A stretch of 64,000 nucleotides of DNA from Candidatus Eiseniibacteriota bacterium (GTDB lineage: Bacteria; Eisenbacteria; RBG-16-71-46; CAVPCR01), in assembly GCA_963702435.1 (NCBI GenBank), contig CAVPCR010000001.1, forward strand, positions 64,001 to 128,000. The letters run 5' to 3'. Shown here in pieces: positions 1 through 8,411 of the stretch (positions are counted from its first letter, which is position 1; each line of letters starts with the position of its first letter). A model generated the notes under the pieces. That model did not search any database. It worked only from the letters and a program-made list of their open reading frames with translations, and had not been told where the DNA came from. The position numbers and the translations under genes are program-made.

Positions 1-802
1 GCCGGTCGGGGGCGGCGATCGCGGCGAAGAAGCGATCGGCCTCGAGGGCCGTATCCGGACCGACCAAGGCCGCCGCCGCGACCAGCGAGTTCCCCGGGGC
101 CGGGGCCGGAGCCGGGGCCGGAGCCGGGGCCGGAGCCGGCCGGCCGGGCCGTGGCGCTCCCTCGCCGCTCTCGTGGTCCCCCCGGATCATCACGAGAAGA
201 CGGTGAAGCAGCGCATCCTCGATCTCCACGATGTCGACCGGCGGAGCCATGACGCAGGGGAGATCGAGGTCACGGCCCAGCTCGACCAGCCATGACGCAG
301 AGCGCGGATCGGACACCGCAAGCGCGAGCGCGCCCGGGCCGACCGCGGCATGAACGAGGGACAGGGTCGTCGCGAGACGAGAGATCTGCTCGCGCGACGG
401 GAGCGCGGCGCGCGATCCGCCGGGCAGGGCGAGGACGCGCAGGAGATCAATGCCGGAATGCGAGATGGCGGCGGCGAGATCGGCCGGCGCGACTTCGCGG
501 CGGCGCGCAAGGGTCGCGAGCAGAGACCATGCGGACTCGCCATGCGGACCCGGGGCGCCGTGCACAAAGATGAGGAGATCGAGCCCGGGCGTGCCCTTGA
601 CGCCGATCCGCACGCCCACGCGCGGCTCGATGCCCGCGGCCCGAGCCGCGCGCACGAAGGCCGGCGCCGCGGCCATCGTCCCGCGATCGGCGAGGGCCAG
701 CCCGCGAATCCCGAGCGCCGCCGCTCGCCGGACGAGCGCATCGATGCGCGCGCCCCCCGCGGGCAGGCTCAGCTCGGACTGGATGTCGAGTAGGATGCTC
801 AT
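1..802 (-). CDS. DnaE (DNA polymerase III alpha family)-like protein, degenerate N-terminal PHP domain; runs off window edge
   Basis: Manual translation from ATG at 802 stays open to base 1: MSILLDIQSELSLPAGGARIDALVRRAAALGIRGLALADRGTMAAAPAFVRAARAAGIEPRVGVRI...LVELGRDLDLPCVMAPPVDIVEIEDALLHRLLVMIRG. This follows the DnaE PHP pattern (LHxHSxYS..DG..I..LV..A...G..ALA+TDH; LA..LG+P+VATNDVH....ED...H.VL..I..G). Not in the supplied ORF track. Confidence 0.75.
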   Translation of the reverse strand, partial: MSILLDIQSELSLPAGGARIDALVRRAAALGIRGLALADRGTMAAAPAFVRAARAAGIEPRVGVRIGVKGTPGLDLLIFVHGAPGPHGESAWSLLATLARRREVAPADLAAAISHSGIDLLRVLALPGGSRAALPSREQISRLATTLSLVHAAVGPGALALAVSDPRSASWLVELGRDLDLPCVMAPPVDIVEIEDALLHRLLVMIRGDHESGEGAPRPGRPAPAPAPAPAPAPAPGNSLVAAAALVGPDTALEADRFFAAIAAPDR

Positions 803-811
803 CTCGACGCC

Positions 812-841
812 AGTGTGCTATACAGGCGGATAGCCTGTCAA
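812..841 (-). promoter_or_regulatory. sigma70-type promoter for the DnaE-like gene, with a palindrome in the spacer
   Basis: TTGACA-N18-CACACT ending 9 nt before the ATG. Inverted repeat ACAGGC-N5-GCCTGT at 822-838. Confidence 0.5.
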
Positions 842-1127
842 GAGGGGAAATTGAATCTGCCCGGGGCCCTCGCGGCAGGGCAGGTCATCCCCCAATGCAC
901 TTTTCCATAATGACTTACCCTGTCAGGGGAGACCCCCACTCCCGGCTCGCGCTGGCAGGTCGCTCTCGGCCGACCACACTTTTGATGCGCCGGGGCGCTC
1001 GCCCGGGCGGCCGGGGCGACGCGACCCGTGGGGCCGCGAGCGCGGCTTCGGCCGGCGGACCGGCTCACCATGGCCGCCTTCCCGCCGCCGTCGCCGGGGC
1101 CTCGCCGTTGAGGCGCATCGGCCCCGC

Positions 1128-2729
1128 TTGCTACGATCGCGCATTCACTCCATGCCCATGCGGGTGCGCCGGCACCCTCGTTCGCAAGTGTCCCCCTACG
1201 CGGATCACGGTCTCCCCCCGCCGATCCAGATATCGAGCTCGATGCCAGGCCACCACTCGCGTCTCTTCTCACGCCTCTCTCTGCGGATGGCGGTCGCGAT
1301 CCCGGCCGCCGTCCTCGCCGTGATCCTGATCGCGGCCCTCATGGGCACGAGCGCGTCCCCCGCCGCCGCGGGTGAGACCGCGCCGGGATCCGCGATGCGG
1401 AGCGAGCGCCTCCCGAACGGACTCGAGGTCCTCGTCCTGCCCGAGCCGGGACGCGACGTCGCAGCCGTCATCATGTTCTACCGGGTGGGCTCTCGCGACG
1501 AGGAGCCGGGAACGACCGGCTACGCCCATCTCTTCGAGCACCTCATGTACACGGGGACAGCCGCCGTTCCCGACTGGCACGCGACCATGACGGCGCTCGG
1601 CGGCAAGACGCGCTCCGCGACCGCGCCGGACTGGACGGCCTTCGCGAGCGATGTGCCGCGTTCCGCAGCCACGCGCGTGATCGCGCTCGAGGCCGATCGC
1701 ATGCACGGGCTCACGCTCGATCGCGCAGCGGTCACCCGCGCCATGGCGGACATCAGGAACGAGGACGCAGCCCGCAGCGCCGCGCCGCTCGCGGCGGCGG
1801 ACCTCGCCGATCTCTTGCGGCCACTCGCCTTTCCCGGGCACCCGTACGCGCGCGCGCAGAAGCCGCGCACCATGGACGCGGCCGACCCGGATCGCTGTCG
1901 CGCCTTCTATTCCCGCCACGTCGGCCCGGACCGCGCGGTCCTCGTCGTCGCCGGTGGCGTCGATCCCGACTCGATCGTCGCGGCGGCCCGCGCGGCCACG
2001 AGCACGCTCGCTCCGGCCGGCGCCACCCGCCCGCCCTTGCCGCCGCTCCCGCCTCTGCCGCCGCCCGACGCGCGACGGCGCGTCGAGTCGCGGGCCGGCC
2101 CGCCGACGATCGCCGCCGGCTATCGCGTGCCCCGGCTCGGCGAGCCGGATTTCGCCGCCGCCAAGCTGGTGCACGCGCTCCTCGCGGACGCGGCGCCGAT
2201 CCTCGGCGCCGCGGTGGCGGACGGCGGACCCGGCGCGCCATGGGTAGGCGTCGACCTCGACGAGGCCACCGGCCTCCTCACGGTGGCCGCCCGGCCCGAT
2301 CCGACCACCGCACCCGCCCCTGCGCTCGACCGGCTCATCGCCGCCGTCCCGCTCGTCATCGAAGCCGGCGATCCGCAGTCCATTGCGACCACCCGCGATC
2401 GTTTGCGCCTCACCGAAGCGGCGCTCGCCGGCACCGTGGGCGGGCGGGCGGCGGCGGCCGCGCGCGCGTACCTCGCCGCGGGCACCGCAGCATCGGGCCC
2501 GGCCGCGGTTGCGCCCGGCGCGACGCCCGCCGCACCCGCCGTCCGCACCGCCGGCTCCGCGGCCGCCGCCCAGCCCGGGGCATCCGCCGGCGCCGAATTC
2601 GCCGCCCTCGGCGCCAGCGACGTCATCCGCTTCGCCGGCGCGCAGCTCCGCGCCGATCAGGCCGTGAGTCTCATCCTCGCCCCGGCCCCGAGCGCCGGTG
2701 CGACCGACCCCGACAAGGACACGCGATGA
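1128..2729 (+). CDS. M16B (insulinase/pitrilysin family) zinc peptidase, catalytic subunit, exported; true start probably later (about 1242-1290)
   Basis: Signal-like hydrophobic stretch, then ERLPNGLEVLV, YRVGSRDE, GYAHLFEHLMY (inverted HXXEH), LEADRM, AFPGHPY. Confidence 0.9.
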   Translation: MLRSRIHSMPMRVRRHPRSQVSPYADHGLPPPIQISSSMPGHHSRLFSRLSLRMAVAIPAAVLAVILIAALMGTSASPAAAGETAPGSAMRSERLPNGLEVLVLPEPGRDVAAVIMFYRVGSRDEEPGTTGYAHLFEHLMYTGTAAVPDWHATMTALGGKTRSATAPDWTAFASDVPRSAATRVIALEADRMHGLTLDRAAVTRAMADIRNEDAARSAAPLAAADLADLLRPLAFPGHPYARAQKPRTMDAADPDRCRAFYSRHVGPDRAVLVVAGGVDPDSIVAAARAATSTLAPAGATRPPLPPLPPLPPPDARRRVESRAGPPTIAAGYRVPRLGEPDFAAAKLVHALLADAAPILGAAVADGGPGAPWVGVDLDEATGLLTVAARPDPTTAPAPALDRLIAAVPLVIEAGDPQSIATTRDRLRLTEAALAGTVGGRAAAAARAYLAAGTAASGPAAVAPGATPAAPAVRTAGSAAAAQPGASAGAEFAALGASDVIRFAGAQLRADQAVSLILAPAPSAGATDPDKDTR

Positions 2730-4888
2730 CCTCGTCCCGCTTTCCGCAGCATGCCGCGCGACTCCTCGCCGCGCTGACCGCCGCCGGCCTCCTCACCGCC
2801 GCGACCGGCGCCTCCGCCGCCGATCCGGAGAGCACGAGCGCGGCAGCGACGGCTGCGAACCGGATCCAGAGCCGCACGCTCCCGAACGGGCTCCGCCTCC
2901 TCGTCCTCCCCGACCTTGCCCAGTCGAAGCTCACGGCAGGGCTCATGATCGGTGCGGGCTATGTGCACAACCCGCGCGGAAAGGAGGGACTCGCCGATCT
3001 CGCGGCGGCTCTCGATCATCTGCGCGTGCGCCAGGACATCGAGAACGGACGGGCCGGCAAGAGCTATCAGTCCGGGGAGTGGAGCGCCACCGTATCGAAC
3101 GATCACACCCTCTTCGGCGCGACGGCGCTCGCCGAGGATCTCGAGGCGCTGTGCGCGGTGCTCCGCGCGGCCGTGCCGGCGGCGGACGAGCCGTTCCTCG
3201 CCGCCCCGGCCTTCAAGCGGGAGGCGCTGCTCAAGCTCCTGCAGACGCGCACGGCGTCCGGGCTCGTCGCGCGCGAGGCGCTCGCTCCCGCGCTCTACGG
3301 CGATCGCCGGCCGCTCGGTTTCTCGGCGCGCTTCCAGACGCTCCTCGGCGTCTTCCCGGCCGACGTGCGCGACTTCCATCGCTCGTACTACGTGCCCGCG
3401 AACGCGATCCTGTTCATGGCCGGTCCGGTCACGGTCGAGACCGCAGCGGAGGCGGCCATACGGCACTTCGGCGACTGGCCGGCGAGCGAACCCGGCACGC
3501 CGACCTGGGGTCACGCGCCGGACCAGGCGGCGCACCGGGGCGTGACGCTCGTCGACGACCCCGACGCCGCGATTGCGCTCCTTCTCGGCGGGCTCGCCGG
3601 CCCCGGGCGCGAGGATCCGGCTTACGCCGAGATGCAGATCCTCCATCAGGTGGTGGGGAGCGGGCGCCTCGAGGGAACGGTCGCCGCACTCGCCGCGACG
3701 CATCCCGCGGGCTACCAGTTCCGCACGCAGCTCCGGGCCAGCGCGCGCGGCAGCGAGCTCACGATCGAGGTAGCCATCCCGCACGATCTCGCGGCGCGAG
3801 CGCTGGCTGAGGTCGAGCGCGGACTCGGCGAGATCGCTGCCGGCATCGATGCGGCCGCGTATGCGAGCGCGGTGGACGCGAGGGCGGCGAGCCTTGCCCT
3901 CCGCCTCGAGACCCCGGAGGCCCGGCTGCGCGAGGCGGCCGCCATGACCCTGGCCGGCCGGCCGCTCGATGCGATCGACGATCCCGCCCGCGCGCTCGCC
4001 ACCCTCGATCGCACTGCGGTCACGGCCGGCTGGCGGGCGCTCCTCGCCCCCGAGCGCCGGGCCTGGATCGCAGAGGGCCGGGCCGACCTCCTCGCCGCCC
4101 AGTTCAAGGCGGCGGGCATCACGACCACGCCGGCCGATGTGTACGCAGTGGTGACGGGTCGTCTCTTCGAGCAGCAGCCGGAACCGCTGCTCACGCTGCC
4201 GAGCGCCGCGTCGACCGCGCAGGCCGAGGAGCTCCTGTTCGCGGCGATAGAGGCCAAGGGCGGATTCGAGAACCTGGAGCGGGTCGAGAGCTATGCGGCG
4301 GTCGAGACCCTGTATGTGCAGGCCGCAGCGCAGATGGTCCCCGGCGAGCGCAAGCTGTCCATCAAGCTGCCCGACCGCTTCCGCGAGGTGCTCCGCGTCG
4401 GCCCGCTGCAGGGCGAGGGGCTCGTTCAGGTCGTGAACCGCGACCGGATCTGGCGCCAGCAGCTCGGCAAGCCCGCGGACACTCCCCCGTGGCGCGAGGA
4501 GGATCTTCGCGGCCGGGTGTGGCTCGACGGGTTCCGCGCCTTCCACCGCTACGCGGAGCCGGGAGCGATGATCTCGCTCATCGACCCCGACCTGATCGCC
4601 GGCACCACGCTCGACGGTTTCCAGATCACGGCGCCCAGCGGCTACTGGGCCAGGTACCACCTGCATCCGCAATCGCGCCAGGTGGTGAAGCGCACCACGT
4701 CGCGCCCGAACGAGGCCGACATCGCCAAGTGCGAGGAGCTCTTCACGGACTACCGCCCGGTCGAGGGCGTCTTCCTCCCCTTCGTCTATGCCACGTACAT
4801 GAACGGGGAGTACGCCGGGGAATCGCATCTCAAGTCGATCGACATCAACGCCGAGATCCCCGACGACCTCTTCGTGCAGCCGCGCTGA
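2726..4888 (+). CDS. M16B peptidase-like non-catalytic subunit with an extra C-terminal beta-rich domain
   Basis: ATGA overlap with the upstream stop. Signal peptide, RTLPNGLRLLV, DVRDFHRSYYVPANA, no HXXEH. C-terminal region LFAAIEAKGGFENLERVES...FTDYRPVEGVFLPF...IDINAEIPDDLF. Confidence 0.85.
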   Translation: MTSSRFPQHAARLLAALTAAGLLTAATGASAADPESTSAAATAANRIQSRTLPNGLRLLVLPDLAQSKLTAGLMIGAGYVHNPRGKEGLADLAAALDHLRVRQDIENGRAGKSYQSGEWSATVSNDHTLFGATALAEDLEALCAVLRAAVPAADEPFLAAPAFKREALLKLLQTRTASGLVAREALAPALYGDRRPLGFSARFQTLLGVFPADVRDFHRSYYVPANAILFMAGPVTVETAAEAAIRHFGDWPASEPGTPTWGHAPDQAAHRGVTLVDDPDAAIALLLGGLAGPGREDPAYAEMQILHQVVGSGRLEGTVAALAATHPAGYQFRTQLRASARGSELTIEVAIPHDLAARALAEVERGLGEIAAGIDAAAYASAVDARAASLALRLETPEARLREAAAMTLAGRPLDAIDDPARALATLDRTAVTAGWRALLAPERRAWIAEGRADLLAAQFKAAGITTTPADVYAVVTGRLFEQQPEPLLTLPSAASTAQAEELLFAAIEAKGGFENLERVESYAAVETLYVQAAAQMVPGERKLSIKLPDRFREVLRVGPLQGEGLVQVVNRDRIWRQQLGKPADTPPWREEDLRGRVWLDGFRAFHRYAEPGAMISLIDPDLIAGTTLDGFQITAPSGYWARYHLHPQSRQVVKRTTSRPNEADIAKCEELFTDYRPVEGVFLPFVYATYMNGEYAGESHLKSIDINAEIPDDLFVQPR

Positions 4889-4918
4889 GAGCCCCGTCAT
4901 GATGCCGGCGCGCTCGGA

Positions 4919-6319
4919 TCAGCGCGGAGCGGGCGGGTCCTTGCGGGCGGCTCGCCGCGCGCGTACCCGCTTCTCGAGCTCGGCCTCGAAGCCGGCGCCC
5001 GCCGGCTCGTAGTACGCGCGCCCGGCGAGCGCGGGCGGCAGGTACTCCTGATCCGCCGCCGGCTCGGTGTGCGGGTAGCGATAGCCGCGGCCGTGACCGA
5101 GGTCCTTCATGAGCCTGGTCGGGGCGTTCCGCAGGTGGAGCGGAACGGGTAGGCCGCCGTGCTCGACGGCATCGGCCCGCGCGCTTTCGTAGGCGGCGTA
5201 GGACGCGTTCGACTTGGGTGCCGTCGCGAGATAGGTCACGGCCTGGGCGAGGAGGAGACGCGCCTCGGGCATGCCGATCAGGTGCACACCCTGGAAGGCG
5301 GAGACCGCGATCGGGAGGGCCGCCGGGTCGGCGTTCCCGATGTCCTCGGAGGCGAGGATCACGAGCCGCCGCGCGACGAACAGCGGATCCTCGCCGCCTT
5401 CGAGCAGCCGGGCGAGCCAGTAGAGACCGGCATCGGGATCGGATCCGCGCACGCTCTTGATGAGGGCCGAGATCAAATCGAAATGCAGATCCCCCGCGCG
5501 GTCGTGGCGCAGCACCTTTCGCGCCAGCACCTCCTCGGCCAGCGCCTGGTCCACGCGCGGCGGCCGACCTCGCTGCATGGCGACCGCCGCCGATGCTTCG
5601 AGCAGGTTCAAGGCGGAGCGGGCATCCCCGTCGGCGAGAGCGGCGATCGCGGCGAGCGTGCCGTCGGCGACCTCGAGGCCGCGCGCGCCGAGCCCGCGCT
5701 CCTTGTCGGCGAGCGCCCGGGCGAGGAGGAGCTCGATCGCAGCCGCCGGCAGCCGCTCGAGCACGACGACCTGCACTCGCGACAGGAGCGCCGGGTTGAC
5801 CTCGAAGGAGGGATTCTCGGTCGTGGCGCCGATCAGGGTGATGAGTCCCGATTCGACGTGCGGGAGGAAGGCGTCCTGCTGCGCCTTGTTGAAACGATGG
5901 ATCTCGTCCACGAAGAGGAGCGTGCCGCTCGCCCCGGGGCCCGCGCCGGTGCGCACGTGATCGCGCGCCGTGGCGACGACCTGGCGGATCTCGGCGACAC
6001 CGGACATGACGGCCGAATAGGAGACGAAGCGATAGTGCGCAATGGCGGCGATGACGCGCGCGAGCGTGGTCTTGCCACTCCCCGGCGGGCCCCACAGGAT
6101 GAGGGAGGGGACCTGACCGGCCTCGATGGCCTGGCGGAGCGGACGCCCCGGCCCGATGAGATGCTCCTGGCCAACCATCTCATCGAAAGTCTGCGGCCGC
6201 ATGCGATCGGCGAGCGGGGCGGTGAGGCCCGGCCCGCGTCGAGCCTCGCTGCCGGCGGCCTTCGTCCGCCCGCGCGGGGAGGTCGCTCCCGGCGGGGGCT
6301 CGCGATCGAAGAGGTCCAT
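4919..6319 (-). CDS. rarA: replication-associated recombination protein A (RarA/MgsA AAA+ ATPase)
   Basis: [79 protein letters not shown]. Confidence 0.97.
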   Translation of the reverse strand: MDLFDREPPPGATSPRGRTKAAGSEARRGPGLTAPLADRMRPQTFDEMVGQEHLIGPGRPLRQAIEAGQVPSLILWGPPGSGKTTLARVIAAIAHYRFVSYSAVMSGVAEIRQVVATARDHVRTGAGPGASGTLLFVDEIHRFNKAQQDAFLPHVESGLITLIGATTENPSFEVNPALLSRVQVVVLERLPAAAIELLLARALADKERGLGARGLEVADGTLAAIAALADGDARSALNLLEASAAVAMQRGRPPRVDQALAEEVLARKVLRHDRAGDLHFDLISALIKSVRGSDPDAGLYWLARLLEGGEDPLFVARRLVILASEDIGNADPAALPIAVSAFQGVHLIGMPEARLLLAQAVTYLATAPKSNASYAAYESARADAVEHGGLPVPLHLRNAPTRLMKDLGHGRGYRYPHTEPAADQEYLPPALAGRAYYEPAGAGFEAELEKRVRARRAARKDPPAPR

Positions 6320-6433
6320 CAAGCCGTCTCCTCAGCACGTGCACGGCGCACGCGAGGATTCTACATGGCAGGCCCGGCCGCGGCCGCGGCGGGCGCCCGG
6401 CCGGGGCTCGAGTCGATACCGTAAGTCCATGGC

Positions 6434-6449
6434 CGGCACGATGTTTGCC
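6434..6449 (+). promoter_or_regulatory. candidate sigma54 -24/-12 promoter
   Basis: CGGCACGATGTTTGCC: GG-N10-GC spacing with GGCACG and TTGC, in an intergenic region. Confidence 0.45.
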
Positions 6450-6475
6450 CGGCGAACCGCACTCCCCTTTTCCGT

Positions 6476-6504
6476 TTGACGCTCACCATGGGCTTTGCTA
6501 GCGT
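6476..6504 (+). promoter_or_regulatory. sigma70 promoter for the candidate small RNA
   Basis: TTGACG-N17-TAGCGT with an extended TG. Overlapped by a perfect 9-bp inverted repeat TTTGACGCT...AGCGTCAAA. Confidence 0.65.
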
Positions 6505-6510
6505 CAAATC

Positions 6511-6641
6511 AGCGAAGCGGAGTTCCCTGCCGCATTTGAGATTTACGCGTCCGACGCCCAACCTTATTTGCGAGTCGAAAGACATCGAGGTTAGGGGTGC
6601 TCCCCGGCGTAAAGAACGATGCACGGCGGGGAACTTTCTTT
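6511..6641 (+). ncRNA. candidate rod-shaped small RNA, possibly a short 6S (SsrS)-like RNA
   Basis: 6521-6532 pairs with 6624-6635. Nested helices TTTACGC/GCGTAAA, AACCTT/GAGGTT and GTC-GAAA-GAC. Promoter directly upstream and T-rich tract directly downstream. Confidence 0.55.
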
Positions 6642-6739
6642 GTGGGATGCAGAATCGCCGGCGGTCCCGGCCCCCGATGCTGCACCGATTCGAGGCGCGA
6701 GTGCTTCCCTCCCCTCCACGGAGTGCGATCGTGATTCCG

Positions 6740-7333
6740 ATGGTGCGGACGCCGCTCCCCGGGGCCGATCTCGAGGACCGTAGCCCGTTCTGGAGCAGCC
6801 CCTCCCGCGCTCCCGGCGGCGCGTTCCCCAGCGCGATCCGGCCCCTGCTCCTCCTTCTCGCCACCGCCGCGCTCCTCTCGACCGTCGCGGGCTGCGAAGA
6901 GGACGTGACCCTCATCGACCCCGGGCCGTTCTTCGCCTACGAGCAGGACAATGCCTGGGCGTCCACGTGCACGGGGCCACGCTCTCCGCGCGGCGCCGCG
7001 CCGCGTGAAGCGACGCCGCCGCGCGCGGTGCCGCCGCCCGCCGCGGTGCCGCCGCCGAGCGGGCTCCTGATCGAGGCCTGCCCGAACCCCGCCCCGCCCG
7101 GGACCAGGGAGATCACGTTCCACTTCCGTCTCAACGTGCGCCGCCCGAGCGTCAACCTGGGCATCGTGAACGATCGCGGATTGGTCGTGGCGCGCCTGCT
7201 CGAGGACTACTCGGCGTCGGCCGATGCCGACGTCGAGGTCGAGTGGCTTCTCGATGGCGTCTCGCCCGGGGACTATCGGGCCTACTTCCTGGCCGACGAC
7301 ATCGAGAGCTCGGGAGACCTCCGTGTCGAGTAA
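6740..7333 (+). CDS. hypothetical lipoprotein with an FlgD/T9SS-CTD-like Ig domain; start uncertain
   Basis: Lipobox-like LLSTVAG-C, a Pro-rich linker, then ACPNPA...ITFHFRL...VNLGIVNDRGLVVARL...VEWLLDGVSPGDY. Confidence 0.7.
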   Translation: MVRTPLPGADLEDRSPFWSSPSRAPGGAFPSAIRPLLLLLATAALLSTVAGCEEDVTLIDPGPFFAYEQDNAWASTCTGPRSPRGAAPREATPPRAVPPPAAVPPPSGLLIEACPNPAPPGTREITFHFRLNVRRPSVNLGIVNDRGLVVARLLEDYSASADADVEVEWLLDGVSPGDYRAYFLADDIESSGDLRVE

Positions 7334-7901
7334 CGGGCGGTCTGCACTCCGTGCGATCGGCATGCTCGCAGCGCTCCTGGCCGCCCTCGCGGTCCTCCCG
7401 GCGGGCGCCCGCGCCGACTTCCTGGTCGGCGGCGCCGCCACGCGCGGGTTCTTCGACTGGGAGCTGAACGGCGGCTACGAGTACGTGATTCCCGTGCGCA
7501 ACATGCCCCCAGATGTTCCGCTCGACTTCCCGGCCCGCATCGAGGGGCACTTCGCCTATCGCGACCAGGTGACCCACATCGGGCTGTCGGTGCTGGGACT
7601 CGTGCGCTTCACCATCCCGGGGTTCGAGAACCTGGGGTTCGGTCCGTACCTGGCGACCGGCCCCGGCGTGCACATCCTCGGCTCGTGGGCCAGCCTCGAC
7701 AACTTCGGCGACGCGCTCACCGATTCGGAGACGACCCTCAAGTGGCATGCGCTCGCCGGAGCCCGCCTCATACGCGGGAAGACCGTCGATCTCTACACCG
7801 AGGCCCGCTACACCCTGCCGAGCGAGTACGCCTTCGACATGATCACCTTCGGGTTGCGCTTTCACGGCGCCGCCCCCGACACCGCCCGCACCGGCCAGTG
7901 A
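7323..7901 (+). CDS. small outer-membrane beta-barrel protein; alternative start 7362
   Basis: Signal peptide ending ARA-D, alternating amphipathic strands (GPYLATGPGVH, LKWHALAGAR, DLYTEARY, ITFGLRF). Confidence 0.75.
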   Translation: MSSNGRSALRAIGMLAALLAALAVLPAGARADFLVGGAATRGFFDWELNGGYEYVIPVRNMPPDVPLDFPARIEGHFAYRDQVTHIGLSVLGLVRFTIPGFENLGFGPYLATGPGVHILGSWASLDNFGDALTDSETTLKWHALAGARLIRGKTVDLYTEARYTLPSEYAFDMITFGLRFHGAAPDTARTGQ

Positions 7902-7963
7902 CCGCCCGCGCCTGACCGCCCGCGCCCGCGCCTGACCGCCTCCACCGGGCGCTCCCTCCCGCC

Positions 7964-8009
7964 AACGCGAAGAGGCGGCCCCTCCCGCATGCACGCGGGA
8001 AGGACCGCC
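7964..8009 (-). terminator. putative intrinsic terminator after the histone-like gene
   Basis: Minus-strand hairpin GGCGGTCCTTCCCGC-GTGCAT-GCGGGAGGGGCCGCC followed by TCTTCGCGTT, between convergent genes. Confidence 0.55.
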
Positions 8010-8056
8010 CCAGGATGAACGGGCCGCTCGGGCCCGATCCAGTCCGGATGGTCCGA

Positions 8057-8356
8057 CTACATGTTGAAGATCGACGGAAGATCGCTCATGGCCATCTTCT
8101 TGACGGCCTTCTTGCGAACGGCCTTGCGCACGGCCTTCTTGCGAACGGCCTTGCGCACGGCCTTCTTGCGAACGGCCTTGCGCACGGCCTTCTTGCGGGC
8201 GACCTTGCGCACCGCCTTCTTGCGGGCGACCTTGCGCACCGCCTTCCTGCGGGCGACCTTGCGCACCGCCTTCTTGCGAACAACCTTGCGCACCGCCTTC
8301 TTCCGGGCGACCTTGCGCACCGCCTTCTTGCGCGTAGCCTTCTTGCGAGCCGCCAT
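8057..8356 (-). CDS. histone H1-like, Lys/Arg/Ala-rich repetitive nucleoid protein (99 aa)
   Basis: AGGAGGT RBS, then MAARKKATR, eight (K/R)KAVRK(V/A)(A/V)R units, and KKAVKKMAMSDLPSIFNM. Confidence 0.85.
   Translation of the reverse strand: MAARKKATRKKAVRKVARKKAVRKVVRKKAVRKVARRKAVRKVARKKAVRKVARKKAVRKAVRKKAVRKAVRKKAVRKAVRKKAVKKMAMSDLPSIFNM
8096..8345. repeat. 27-bp coding tandem repeat inside the histone-like gene
   Basis: Repeated GCCTTCTTGCG(AACGG/GGCGA)CCTTGCGCAC(G/C) units. Confidence 0.9.
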
Positions 8357-8411
8357 TCCGATTACCTCCTGAGGAAGCGACTGTCTCTGACCCAAGGCCC
8401 GGACCCCGGCG

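Noticed and set aside
6511..6641. SRP (4.5S) RNA
   Set aside because: Size and GNRA-capped rod fit, but the conserved CAGG/AGCA internal loop next to the tetraloop is absent.
6476..6739. N-terminal extension of ORF 6476..7333
   Set aside because: It overlaps a clear promoter and a structured RNA candidate. The lipoprotein signal lies much further downstream.
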